64,000 nucleotides of DNA from Candidatus Nanoarchaeia archaeon (GTDB lineage: Archaea; Nanobdellota; Nanobdellia; Woesearchaeales; ARS49). The DNA lies in contig JBGPOY010000002.1 of NCBI GenBank assembly GCA_041488275.1, positions 11,336 to 75,335 on the forward strand, given 5' to 3'. The position numbers and the translations under genes were made by a program. Below, one piece after another: positions 24,717-33,782 of the stretch (its first letter is position 1; each line of letters starts with the position of its first letter). A model generated the notes under the pieces. That model had not been told where the DNA came from. It saw only the letters and a list, made by a program, of their open reading frames with translations, and searched no databases.

Positions 24717-25423
24717 ACCCGACGTATCTTCTCGACAGCTACGCAAAAGATATCCACACCGAAGTCGTTTCCCTGACCACTCCGACGCACATCATTCTGA
24801 AAGACACGATTTTTTACCCGCAAGGCGGCGGACAGCCGTTCGACACCGGCGCACTCGTGCGAGAGGACGACGGGAAAGAGTTTGCCGTCGTGGGCGTCAA
24901 GAAAGTTGACGGAAACATTGTCCACGAAATCGCGGAAGCCGGCCTGAACGCCGGCGACCACGTGCTGTGCTCGATTGACTGGGAACGACGATACCAACTG
25001 ATGCGGATGCACACCGCGGCGCACGTGCTCTCTGCCGTCATCCACCGCCATACGGGCGCGCTCATCACGGGCAACCAACTTGACATCGAGCAGTCGCGCA
25101 TCGACTTCAGTCTGGACGTGTTCAGCAAGGAACAGATGGAACACTACATCGACGAGGCGAACACGGCGATTGCGCAAGGCGCTCCCGTCACCATCACGTT
25201 CATGAAGCGAGACGTCGCGATGGGTTTGCCGCACTTGGTCAAGCTCGCGGGCGCGCTGCCGCCCAACATCGCGGAATTGCGCATCGTTAAGATAGGGACC
25301 ATCGACGAGCAAGCCGACGGCGGCACGCACGTGAAGGACGCGAAGGAAATCGGAAAAATTATCTTGCTCTCCGCAGAAAACAAGGGCAAGAACAACCGGC
25401 GCATCTATTTCACAATCGAGTAA
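24713..25423 (+). CDS. alaX: Alanyl-tRNA editing protein AlaX (AlaX-M type)
   Basis: MHTAAHVL and DGGTHV zinc-site motifs; N-terminal beta-barrel region. 236 aa. Confidence 0.88.
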   Translation: MNPTYLLDSYAKDIHTEVVSLTTPTHIILKDTIFYPQGGGQPFDTGALVREDDGKEFAVVGVKKVDGNIVHEIAEAGLNAGDHVLCSIDWERRYQLMRMHTAAHVLSAVIHRHTGALITGNQLDIEQSRIDFSLDVFSKEQMEHYIDEANTAIAQGAPVTITFMKRDVAMGLPHLVKLAGALPPNIAELRIVKIGTIDEQADGGTHVKDAKEIGKIILLSAENKGKNNRRIYFTIE

Positions 25424-25426
25424 TTT

Positions 25427-25741
25427 CTATCCCAGAGCTTTGCCGGCAAGATAGCCGAACAACAACAGCAGGCAGAAGACAATCAGCACGATGACGCTGA
25501 GAATCAAGAAAATAATGCCGATGACGAATCCCGCGAGCGCGAATGCCGTGCCGCCGTAGGCGTACCGGTCGTGGCGAATCCAGTTCAAGGCTGACTTCGA
25601 GAACACGACGGATAGGAGCGTAAGCAGGGTGCCCAGCAGCGGAACCCAGAACAGCAGCGCGCCGACCAGCGAGAAAATGAATCCCGCGATGGCAAGCCCC
25701 TTCTTTGTTCCGCGCTTCGCAGTCGCCCGCATGGTGAACAT
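25427..25741 (-). CDS. Small membrane protein (DUF4190-like)
   Basis: Start taken at MFTMRATAKRG. Hydrophobic helices LAIAGFIFSLVGALLFWVPLLG.. and ALAGFVIGIIFLILSVIVLIV. Confidence 0.55.
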   Translation of the reverse strand: MFTMRATAKRGTKKGLAIAGFIFSLVGALLFWVPLLGTLLTLLSVVFSKSALNWIRHDRYAYGGTAFALAGFVIGIIFLILSVIVLIVFCLLLLFGYLAGKALG

Positions 25742-25773
25742 CTTACACGCGCGAGGGCATAAAAACCTTTGCC

Positions 25774-26376
25774 TTACAGCTTGCGCATCTTGTCCATGCC
25801 GAGGTTCTTGATGAGCTTGTTCGGCTCGCTCCAGTCGATGTTTTGGAAGAACGCGTCGATGTATTTCTTGCGTCCGGTGGCGTAGTCGAGGAAGTAGGCG
25901 TGCTCGTACACGTCCAGCACGAGCAGCGGCGAGCAGTGCCACACGCCGCCTTGGTTGTGCACGTCTGCGATGTAGTTGTGGAGCTTGCCTTCGCGCCAGT
26001 CCATCGCGAGCACGACCCAGCCGCGGGCGCACAATCCGAGCGCGCGGAATTCAGCTTCCCACTTTTCGTAAGAACCGAAGTCCTGCTCAATCAGTTTCAG
26101 TATCGCGCCGCCTGCTTTTCCGCCCTTGCCGCCGAGGTTGTCAAAGTAGCATTCATGCAGGCGAACGCCGTTCGCGGCAAAAGTCTCTTCGACTTTCAAC
26201 TCGCGCAAGTCCGAGAACGTGCCGTTCGCGGTGGACAAATCGACGGTGCTTGCCTTCTGGCGAATCTCATCCAACTTCTTGCAGTAGCCTGCGTAGAGAA
26301 CGTCGTGATGTTCGGAAAGTTGTCTCTCAGAAAGGCCGGGTAATGACTTGTATTTCAACGGTTTGACTTCGGGCAT
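25774..26376 (-). CDS. sod: Fe/Mn superoxide dismutase
   Basis: HHDVLYAGY (HHxxHH-region equivalent) and LDVYEHAYFLDY motifs. Start at MPEVKP, preceded by GAGGTGG. Confidence 0.85.
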   Translation of the reverse strand: MPEVKPLKYKSLPGLSERQLSEHHDVLYAGYCKKLDEIRQKASTVDLSTANGTFSDLRELKVEETFAANGVRLHECYFDNLGGKGGKAGGAILKLIEQDFGSYEKWEAEFRALGLCARGWVVLAMDWREGKLHNYIADVHNQGGVWHCSPLLVLDVYEHAYFLDYATGRKKYIDAFFQNIDWSEPNKLIKNLGMDKMRKL

Positions 26377-26445
26377 GATGACCACCTCACACACTTGTCG
26401 TCGAGTGTGGATTATTTAAGGATTATGGAGAATGAGTTATGACAC

Positions 26446-26976
26446 CTAACGCAACGTGACTCCGAGTAACTTGCCAATCAAGTATCCCGCGATTGCGCTC
26501 AGCATGCCGATGAGCATCAGGTTGAAGCCCGACTTCCAGACGTTTCCGACCGTCAGCCGCGCCTTGATCGCGCCGCCGAAAAACAGCACGGCGCTGCACA
26601 CAATGACTGACGTGACCATCGCCGTTCCGACGGGAAGGAAAAAGAACGGCACAATCGGAATCACCGAGCCGACGAGCGACGAGAAAAAAACAACGGCAGT
26701 CGTATTCAGCGGCGAGTGCTCGAGGAGTTTGTGCCGGTGCACGCTCTTGAAATAGGATTCCTCTGCTTCGGAACTCGTGTACGCGACGGCGCCCATCGAG
26801 ATGGATTCGGCGAACGTGGAAGCCAGTCCCGCGATGATGACGATTCTGGTTTCGTTCGTCGCGGACGCGACGCCCAGCACCAGCCCGAGGACGTTGACGA
26901 CGCCGTCTTGCCCGCCGAGAATGATGTCGTGCAAGCGCGAGGCCACGCCGTCGTGGAACGTCACCTTCTTTTTCAC
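26446..26976 (-). CDS. VIT1/CCC1 family iron/manganese transporter
   Basis: ILGGQDGVVNVLGLVLGVA motif and 5 TM helices. Confidence 0.8.
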   Translation of the reverse strand: MKKKVTFHDGVASRLHDIILGGQDGVVNVLGLVLGVASATNETRIVIIAGLASTFAESISMGAVAYTSSEAEESYFKSVHRHKLLEHSPLNTTAVVFFSSLVGSVIPIVPFFFLPVGTAMVTSVIVCSAVLFFGGAIKARLTVGNVWKSGFNLMLIGMLSAIAGYLIGKLLGVTLR

Positions 26977-27092
26977 AGGTGCACAGAAACCAAAATGCTA
27001 TTTAAGCGTATCGAGCAGGAGCGTGCCATCATATCTTGGCACGTTCCTTCTGCTCCACAAGATTTAAAACCCCTTTCCCAGACAAAGTTGTT

Positions 27093-27332
27093 ATGCCATT
27101 AACGATTATTCACGAGCGCTGGAAGTGCATCGGGTGCGGGAGCTGCGTCGCGGTGGACCCGGACCGCTGGGACATGGCTGATGACAACTTCGCGGACTTG
27201 AAGGAAAGCAAGCACGAGCAGGTGAAGGAAGGCACGCTCGAAAGCCGAGAGGTCGCGGATATCGGGCGCAGTCAGGACGCGGAAGACCTGTGCCCGGTCA
27301 ACTGCATTCACATCAAGAAGCCCATCAAGTAA
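27093..27332 (+). CDS. Small 4Fe-4S ferredoxin
   Basis: CIGCGSCV...CPVNCI. Leaderless spacing from TATA-like gatttaaaac. Confidence 0.75.
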   Translation: MPLTIIHERWKCIGCGSCVAVDPDRWDMADDNFADLKESKHEQVKEGTLESREVADIGRSQDAEDLCPVNCIHIKKPIK

Positions 27333-27463
27333 AATATTTCTGTATAGAAACAAATTCTCCCTTGTGAAGCTATAAATACCAACCTATTTCTCCTATATTG
27401 AAAATAACGAATATTTATTAACAACCCTCGGCTAGGAAAACGACGAAGAGGTCCTGGTTTTTC

Positions 27464-29569
27464 ATGCCAAAATTAACCCAAGTCCGCAAGCGCGACGGTT
27501 CTCTGGAACACTTCCAGCCCGAGAAAATCAGCGTCGCAATCTCGAAAGCGCTCCATTCCGTGAAAGGAAAGGACGGCAAGGCCGCGAAACGGCTCGCCGA
27601 ACAAGTCGTTGCCAGCCTCGAGCGCCACTTCTCCAGCCGCGTCATCCCTTCCGTTGAAGACGTTCAGGACGTCGTTGAGGAAATTCTTGTCAAGAACAAG
27701 CTCGCGGACGTCGCGAAGGCGTTCATTCTGTACCGCCAGCAGCACAAGGAAGTCCGCGAATTCAAGACGTTCCTCGGCGTGCGCGACGAACTCAAACTTG
27801 CTCCGAACGCCATCAAGGTGCTCGCGAAACGTTACCTGCTGCGCAACGACGAAGGCAGCATCATCGAAACGCCCGCAAGACTCTTCAGACGCGTCGCGAA
27901 GGCAATCGCGGCCGTTGAACGCGTGTACGACCCGAAAGCCAACACGCAAAAGCTCGAAGAAGCGTTTTACCAGGTGATGTCCACGCTCGAATTCCTTCCG
28001 AACACGCCGACGCTGATGAACGCGGGAGCGCCGCTCGGTCAGCTCTCTGCCTGCTTCGTCCTTCCGGTCGGCGACTCGCTCAACGAAATCTTTGACGCAA
28101 TCAAGCACATGGCGCTCATTCATCAGTCGGGCGGCGGCACGGGCTTTTCGTTCAGCCGACTGCGTCCGAAAGGCGACCTCGTGCGCAGCACCAAAGGAGT
28201 CGCGTCCGGTCCCATCAGTTTCATGCGCATCTTTGACACGACGACCGACGTCATCAAGCAGGGCGGCAAACGCAGAGGAGCGAACATGGGCATCCTGCGC
28301 GTCGACCATCCGGACATCCTCGAATTTATCAGCGCGAAAACCAAGGAAGGGTTTCTCGCGAACTTCAACGTCAGCTGCGCCGTCACGGACAAGTTCATGG
28401 CTGCCGTCGAGAAAAACCTCGAGTACGAGCTCATCAATCCGCACACGAACCGTCCGGTCAGCAAGCTGAAGGCAAAGGAAGTGTTTGACCAAATCGTCGC
28501 GAATTCGTACCGCACCGGCGATCCCGGCATCATTTTCATCGACGAAATCAACCGCAGGAACCCGACGGCGGGCATCGGAACGATCGAAGCCACGAACCCG
28601 TGCGGCGAACAGCCCCTGCATCCGTTCGAGAGCTGCAATCTGGGCAGCATCAACGTCGCGAAGTTCGTCAAGAACGGCAAGCCCGAATGGGAACGCCTGC
28701 AAAAAACCATCGCGCTTTCAGTCCGGTTCCTCGACAACGTCATTGACGCGAACAAGTATCCGCTTCAGCAGATTGAGGAAATCACGAAAGCCAACAGGCG
28801 TATCGGGCTGGGCATCATGGGCTTTGCCGAAATGCTGATTCGCATGGGCATCCCGTACGACAGCCCGAAAGCCGTTGAGTTCGCCGAACGGCTCATGAAG
28901 TTCCTGAACGACGAGGCGCGCAAAGTCTCGAACGACCTCGCGCAAAAGCGCGGCAGCTTCCCGAACTTCGACAAGAGCAGCTGGGCGAAGGACAAGCGCA
29001 CCGCGAAAGGAACGCGCAACGCCACGGTTACCACTATCGCTCCGACGGGCACCATCAGCATCATCGCGAACGCGACGTCCGGCATCGAGCCGCTGTTCGC
29101 CGTCTCATTCGTCCGCGAAGTGATGGAAGGAACGCACCTGCTCGAGACCAATCCAGTGTTTGAGGAAGTCGCGCGCAAGCGCAACTTCTCGTCCAAGGGA
29201 CTGATGATGAAAATCGCGCGCAAGGGCTCGGTGCAGGGCATCAAGGAAGTGCCGAGAGACGCCCAACGCCTCTTCGTCACGGCGCTCGACATCGCGCCGG
29301 AATGGCACGTCAAGATTCAGGCGGCATTCCAAAAGTTCTGCGATAACGCCGTCAGCAAGACCATCAACCTCGACGAAGACGCGCCCTTGGAAGACGTCCG
29401 CAAGGCGTACTTGCTCGCGCACAAGCTGAAGTGCAAAGGCATCACCGTCTATCGCTACGGCTCGAAGAAAGAACAAGTGCTGTACGTCGGCAAAGTGCCG
29501 GGCGAAGAACACGTCGCCGCCAAGTCCGAATTCTCCGGCGGCTGCCCGGGCGTTGAGTGCCCGTACTAG
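27464..29569 (+). CDS. nrdJ: Adenosylcobalamin-dependent ribonucleotide reductase with N-terminal ATP-cone (class II)
   Basis: ATP-cone VRKRDGSLEHFQPEKI. Motifs SACFVL, GGKRRGANMG, NPCGEQPL, APTGTISIIANATSGIEP. Confidence 0.93.
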   Translation: MPKLTQVRKRDGSLEHFQPEKISVAISKALHSVKGKDGKAAKRLAEQVVASLERHFSSRVIPSVEDVQDVVEEILVKNKLADVAKAFILYRQQHKEVREFKTFLGVRDELKLAPNAIKVLAKRYLLRNDEGSIIETPARLFRRVAKAIAAVERVYDPKANTQKLEEAFYQVMSTLEFLPNTPTLMNAGAPLGQLSACFVLPVGDSLNEIFDAIKHMALIHQSGGGTGFSFSRLRPKGDLVRSTKGVASGPISFMRIFDTTTDVIKQGGKRRGANMGILRVDHPDILEFISAKTKEGFLANFNVSCAVTDKFMAAVEKNLEYELINPHTNRPVSKLKAKEVFDQIVANSYRTGDPGIIFIDEINRRNPTAGIGTIEATNPCGEQPLHPFESCNLGSINVAKFVKNGKPEWERLQKTIALSVRFLDNVIDANKYPLQQIEEITKANRRIGLGIMGFAEMLIRMGIPYDSPKAVEFAERLMKFLNDEARKVSNDLAQKRGSFPNFDKSSWAKDKRTAKGTRNATVTTIAPTGTISIIANATSGIEPLFAVSFVREVMEGTHLLETNPVFEEVARKRNFSSKGLMMKIARKGSVQGIKEVPRDAQRLFVTALDIAPEWHVKIQAAFQKFCDNAVSKTINLDEDAPLEDVRKAYLLAHKLKCKGITVYRYGSKKEQVLYVGKVPGEEHVAAKSEFSGGCPGVECPY

Positions 29570-29600
29570 ATTCTCTGCGTTCGTCGTAAACCATGAGGCA

Positions 29601-29659
29601 CCGGCCGTCTGGTCCGTCGTCGAATTCAGCGATGACGACGTACGTCAATACTGCCTAGG
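29601..29659 (-). repeat. Palindromic intergenic repeat, copy B
   Basis: acgtcaatactgcc is one mismatch from the family core. Shares the 13-mer catgaggcaccgg (29592-29604) with copy C. Contains the perfect palindrome ctgcctaggcag. Confidence 0.7.
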
Positions 29660-29691
29660 CAGACTGAGCGGAGAGCTCGTGAGTTCCAACG

Positions 29692-29979
29692 TCAGTTCGA
29701 CGAGCGATATTCGTTCTGTGATTCCACGCGCACTCCCGGCAGTCCTGACAGCGCGCGTTCCAACTCCCCCAACGCCGCCGCATCGGGCGCCGTCGCAAAC
29801 AACACCGGCTGCGCAATCAATCGTTCTCGTTCATCAACCGTCATTCCATAGGCGCGTACCAGCAGCTTCAGCCCGTCAACGTACGTTTCCGGACGCGTTT
29901 GCAAAATCGAGCAGAGCCAGCGCATCCGTTCCGTCGGTTCCAATCGTTCAAAGCCGGAGTAATTGATTTTGATATTCAT
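29692..29979 (-). CDS. Small hypothetical protein (95 aa) downstream of the subtilase
   Basis: Start taken at MNIKINYSGF, 10 nt after the subtilase stop. No family recognised. Confidence 0.5.
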   Translation of the reverse strand: MNIKINYSGFERLEPTERMRWLCSILQTRPETYVDGLKLLVRAYGMTVDERERLIAQPVLFATAPDAAALGELERALSGLPGVRVESQNEYRSSN

Positions 29980-29989
29980 GCGTTCACCG

Positions 29990-31870
29990 TCACGTTTCCA
30001 CCAACTGCGCGCAGTCGGGAATGCCGTATCCAAATCTCCGCCGCCACTCTTCGCCCTGCCGGTTTCCGAATTCCGTCTGACACCGCGCGTGCGCAATCAT
30101 CACGCGCGCGTCGAGCGTGAGTTCGGGCTGGACGCTTAACTGCAGCGACAGCGCGCCCGCGACTGAAGGAGCGGCCATCGACGTGCCGTCCATCGTGCCG
30201 AATCCGCCGCCCGGAAGCGTCGAAAGGACATCTTCGCCGAGCGCGGCAAACGACACGTAGCCCATGTTGCTGAACCACGAGTGGTTTTTATGTTTGTCGA
30301 CGCTTCCGACGCTTTGGACGCCCGCAAACGCGGCGGGAAAACTCGGCATATCAGGACTTGCTTCGCCGTCGGAGTCATTGCCGGCAGCGGCGACGATGAG
30401 CGTGCCGTACTCCGCCGCCGCTTCGACGACGCGGCGCTCTTCTTCGGACGCGAACGTCGCTCCGAAACTGCAGTTCACGAGCGGAATGCGCTCGCGATAA
30501 CAATACTCATACCCCAGCAAAATATCCGCCTCCGCGCCGCGCCCGAGTTCGTCGAGCACGCGAACGGCACGAAAGTGGACTTCGGGAGCGACCGCGGCCC
30601 AGATGCCCGCGACGTGCGTGCCGTGCCCTTCACGGTCGAACGGGTCGTTCGTGTTCCGCACAAAGTCGTACCCCTTGTCGTCGTTGAACCGCGCGGCGAG
30701 GGCAGGGTGCGTGTAGTCGACGCCCGTGTCCATCACGGCTCCGAGAACGCCCTCGCCGCGGGTGGTTTTGTGCGCGGCGTACGCGTTCAGAAGTTCGACG
30801 TGCGGGAGTTTCAGTTCCGTGTCCAGCCTGCGATGTTTGGGTTTCGGCAACGTGACGACGCGAATCCGCGAGGGACGGACGGACGCGACCGCCGCGGTCG
30901 TGTGCCGTGACGGCCGCGAGCGGATGTGGCGCGCGACGTCCTCGATTTCTTTCGGCTCGCCCTTGATGACGATGGACGGTATCGTGCGCAGCGCCGTGCA
31001 CGCGACGCGGTATTCGCGCGCGAGTCGATCAGCGATGTCGCCGCGATAGTCCGCGCGAATCTCGTGCGTCTTGACGAGCAGGCTCGCAAACGGCGAAGGC
31101 GTCGCGAGCAGGTCTTGTTTCCGCGTTTCGCCGTCCGTGCGGGCAACGGGAACTTGGATGAGCGGCGCGAACAATCGCTTGAGCCCGTCCTTGATGGTGA
31201 CGAGCGTGCGGTCGATGGCGCAGTAGTCTTCCGCGAGGAAGGCGTCGACGATTTTGTTCGCGCGCGGGAGGTCCTGCGTCTTGAGCGCGTCGAGGAACTT
31301 GCCGTAATACGGCGCGGTGATGGCGCACTTCGCGCGGCTGAGGCAGTTTCCGGCGCGGTAGTGTTCCGGCGGCAGCGTGAGCTTCGTGTCAGGATGATAG
31401 AGCGCGCGTGCGCCTTCCTTCCCGACGATGACGAACTGCATCGGCTGCTTTTTGGCGTCGCGCGCGGCGATATTCGCGAGTTGCAAAAGCGGGTCGCGCA
31501 GCGAGATGAATACTCCTGAATTGTGCGCCGCGTAGCTGGTCAGTATTTGCGACACCGCGCCGCTCACGTTCGAGACTTCGCGGAGGTCGATGCCCTGGTC
31601 GTAGCCGACGACATAGACGCTGCCTTTCGCGGGCACGCCGAACTGCGCAAGCTGCTGCGCAAGCGTTTCCGGCGTTGCGCGTTTCTCGTCACGAAGCGCG
31701 GAAAGGAACTTCGGCGTGTGCCGTTCCGCGAGCGCGGTCACGCGCGCGAGTCCGTCCTCGGGCGAGTCCGGCGCGACGAGATTGCCTGCGATGACGTAGA
31801 GCTGCTGTTCGAGCGTCGGTGAACGCGTCATCGCGTACGCGCGCTGCTGGTTTGCGGCAAGGAAGACCAT
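29990..31870 (-). CDS. Subtilisin-like (S8) serine protease with ~330-aa uncharacterised N-terminal region, no signal peptide
   Basis: Catalytic triad motifs AVMDTGVD, GHGTHVAG and GTSMAAPSVAG in the C-terminal half. The N-terminus lacks a hydrophobic leader. Confidence 0.85.
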   Translation of the reverse strand: MVFLAANQQRAYAMTRSPTLEQQLYVIAGNLVAPDSPEDGLARVTALAERHTPKFLSALRDEKRATPETLAQQLAQFGVPAKGSVYVVGYDQGIDLREVSNVSGAVSQILTSYAAHNSGVFISLRDPLLQLANIAARDAKKQPMQFVIVGKEGARALYHPDTKLTLPPEHYRAGNCLSRAKCAITAPYYGKFLDALKTQDLPRANKIVDAFLAEDYCAIDRTLVTIKDGLKRLFAPLIQVPVARTDGETRKQDLLATPSPFASLLVKTHEIRADYRGDIADRLAREYRVACTALRTIPSIVIKGEPKEIEDVARHIRSRPSRHTTAAVASVRPSRIRVVTLPKPKHRRLDTELKLPHVELLNAYAAHKTTRGEGVLGAVMDTGVDYTHPALAARFNDDKGYDFVRNTNDPFDREGHGTHVAGIWAAVAPEVHFRAVRVLDELGRGAEADILLGYEYCYRERIPLVNCSFGATFASEEERRVVEAAAEYGTLIVAAAGNDSDGEASPDMPSFPAAFAGVQSVGSVDKHKNHSWFSNMGYVSFAALGEDVLSTLPGGGFGTMDGTSMAAPSVAGALSLQLSVQPELTLDARVMIAHARCQTEFGNRQGEEWRRRFGYGIPDCAQLVET

Positions 31871-31925
31871 TCCTTTCTTTGCGTGAGGAGTTTAGAAACC
31901 GCTTGCGGCGGAAAGCCCGAAAGAA

Positions 31926-32363
31926 TTACGCCGCGTGCCGGACGTCTTTCGGCGTCCACGCTTCGCGCTTTAAATCCTCAATCAGGTGTACGGTGCGTAA
32001 GTTCGCGACGCGGGGCGTGAGCCACTCCTCAAAGAGCGTTGCTTCGGCAACCGTACGGAACACCATCTCGATGAGCGTGTCTTTCCCGTTCGCGATGGTC
32101 GTAAACCCGTTGAGGTGCGGATGGCTGCGCAGTTCGTTGAAGTCCAGACGCTTCGCGGTGAAGGCGTACAGCATCCGGTGCGGAAACCCAAGCCGGTCGA
32201 GCCGTACGAGCATTGTGTTCTTCGTGACCAGTTCCTGCTGCACGCGCTTCATGCGCTCGTGAACCGTAGAAAGAGGAATGCCGGTGTGGTGCGCGATGTC
32301 CAGTAATGTCATCCGCGCGTCGCGGCGCAGTTCGTTCAGAATGGCGAGGTCCTTGGCGTTCAT
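31926..32363 (-). CDS. Lrp/AsnC family transcriptional regulator
   Basis: HTH LDIAHHTGIPLSTVHERMKRV plus a C-terminal RAM-like domain. Confidence 0.85.
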   Translation of the reverse strand: MNAKDLAILNELRRDARMTLLDIAHHTGIPLSTVHERMKRVQQELVTKNTMLVRLDRLGFPHRMLYAFTAKRLDFNELRSHPHLNGFTTIANGKDTLIEMVFRTVAEATLFEEWLTPRVANLRTVHLIEDLKREAWTPKDVRHAA

Positions 32364-32483
32364 AGCGTTCTAGGGCGTTGCGGAATTTAAGTGGCTTGCT
32401 CGCCTGCATCCGTCAGTTTTGCGCAGAAAGCGGAAACGCTCCAAGCCGCAATTCTTAAAAACCTGAAGTCCTTTTCGAAAGTC

Positions 32484-32870
32484 ATGGACATCCACAAACA
32501 CCACAAAGAAGTCCTTTCGGGGATTCACGCGCAGCTCAAAGACGTCTTCGACCGTTCCTCGCAGGGAATGTACTTGTTCCTTGACGACGAACACATTTTG
32601 TGCAACGACGTTTTTTCCGCGATGCTGAAGTTCAAGTCTCCCAACGAATGGCAAAGCGCCGAAAAACCGTTCCTCGAAGCGTACGTGGAAGGCAAGAGTC
32701 AGGCGAAACTTGTTGCAGCCTATCGAGCAGCGATGGAAAAGGGAACCGCGTCCAAGCTGCCCGTCACGTGGGTCTCCAAGGACGGCAAGCACGTGAAGAC
32801 CGAAGTCATCATCGCGCCCATCGCGTACGAAGGGCACCTCATCGCGATTCACTGGATTGAGAAGGTCTAG
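32484..32870 (+). CDS. PAS-like domain protein
   Basis: PAS-core-like pattern LFLDDEHILCNDVFSAML...WVSKDGKHVKTEVIIAPIAYEG. Start uncertain, because the GTG at 32391 overlaps a TATA-like element. Confidence 0.55.
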   Translation: MDIHKHHKEVLSGIHAQLKDVFDRSSQGMYLFLDDEHILCNDVFSAMLKFKSPNEWQSAEKPFLEAYVEGKSQAKLVAAYRAAMEKGTASKLPVTWVSKDGKHVKTEVIIAPIAYEGHLIAIHWIEKV

Positions 32871-32931
32871 ACGCAAGGTTTTTAAATCAGCCCTGTGCTA
32901 ATTCGTCCAGAGTTCAAAAGGAGGATTTCCA

Positions 32932-33252
32932 ATGGCAGTCAATGATGAAGGAAAATTGTGGGCGTTTCTCGCCTACCTGTTGAGCATTATCGGATTCATT
33001 CTGGTGATGGTGCTCCAGAAGAAAAACAAGTTCGCGATGTTCCATGCCAAGCAGAGCCTCGTGCTCTTCATCGCGTGGATTGTCATCAGCGTCGTCGGCG
33101 CGATTATTCCCGTTGTCGGTTGGGCTCTCATCCTGCCGCTGGGAAGCGTCTTCGTCGTCGTCCTCTGGGTCATGGGCATGATTAACGCGCTCACGGGCAA
33201 GCAGAAGGAACTCTGGTTCATCGGCAAGTACGCCGACAAGCTGGACTTCTGA
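32932..33252 (+). CDS. Small membrane protein (DUF4870/Tic20-like)
   Basis: WAFLAYLLSIIGFILV..HAKQSLVLFIAWIV pattern with 3 TM helices. Confidence 0.65.
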   Translation: MAVNDEGKLWAFLAYLLSIIGFILVMVLQKKNKFAMFHAKQSLVLFIAWIVISVVGAIIPVVGWALILPLGSVFVVVLWVMGMINALTGKQKELWFIGKYADKLDF

Positions 33253-33677
33253 TGTTCGAGAACGTGACGTGGGGATTCGGCGTCTGGGCACTCGTCGGCA
33301 TTTTGCTTAGCGCCGTGATGCTGACCGTCACTTCACGCCTCTTCCGTTCGAAGGAGCGCAGGTTCGGTGTCGCCTTGCTGGTTGCGGGCGGTTCGGTGTT
33401 CGTGTATGCGTTCGCCGCAGCCGCAGTCGCTATCGTGAAAGCGGCGCTCGGGACGATTGTTTCTCTTTTTGCTTTTGTTTTAGTCGCGATAATTTACATC
33501 GCAGTTGTCTGCTGGTTCGTCAAGAAAGCGTTCAAGGTCGGCTGGCTTCGCGCGTTCCTGATGTTCCTCATCTGGATGCTCTTGAGCTTCGGCGTGAGCG
33601 TGCTGGTCTGGCTGTTCTTCATCGTGTTCTTTGTCGGAACCAAACTCGCGGGCGGCAGCGGGATTTTGATTCGGTAA
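33252..33677 (+). CDS. Hypothetical 4-TM membrane protein
   Basis: TGATG overlap with the upstream gene. Hydrophobic throughout. Confidence 0.55.
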   Translation: MFENVTWGFGVWALVGILLSAVMLTVTSRLFRSKERRFGVALLVAGGSVFVYAFAAAAVAIVKAALGTIVSLFAFVLVAIIYIAVVCWFVKKAFKVGWLRAFLMFLIWMLLSFGVSVLVWLFFIVFFVGTKLAGGSGILIR

Positions 33678-33724
33678 GCACGCCGCCAAGATGCGAGCGA
33701 GGCAGCAGATGACTCGTTTCCGTG

Positions 33725-33782
33725 CCCAGGCAGTATTGTCGTAGCGTCAGGAATTGCACAGCGAACGACCAGACTGCCGGTG
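33725..33782 (+). repeat. Palindromic intergenic repeat, copy C
   Basis: ggcagtattgtcgt (33729-33742) pairs 12/14 with acgaccagactgcc (33765-33778). The 16-mer ggcagtattgtcgtag is identical in A (reverse complement) and D. Confidence 0.8.

Noticed and set aside
27333-27463. NrdR boxes upstream of the second RNR
   Set aside because: AT-rich candidates (ctcctatattgaaaat, acaaattctcccttgt) match at most ~9/16 of the recalled consensus and lack the palindromic CAC/GTG ends and a properly spaced partner.
27473-28702. 409-aa ORF antisense to the second RNR. Similar long antisense ORFs lie at 35360-36307, 36324-37184, 38156-39100, 48431-49486, 50172-51128 and 61751-62662.
   Set aside because: All are mirror-frame ORFs opposite strongly supported genes, with Arg/Ala/Val-rich composition typical of GC-rich antisense frames.
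29553-29966. ORF 29553..29966(+) and ORF 33619..34446(-) share the peptides HEAPAVWS and RQYCLG, which could suggest a small protein family
   Set aside because: The similarity is confined to the intergenic DNA repeat (copies B and C) and is in different contexts otherwise. Both ORFs overlap better-supported genes, so the shared peptides are a by-product of the nucleotide repeat.
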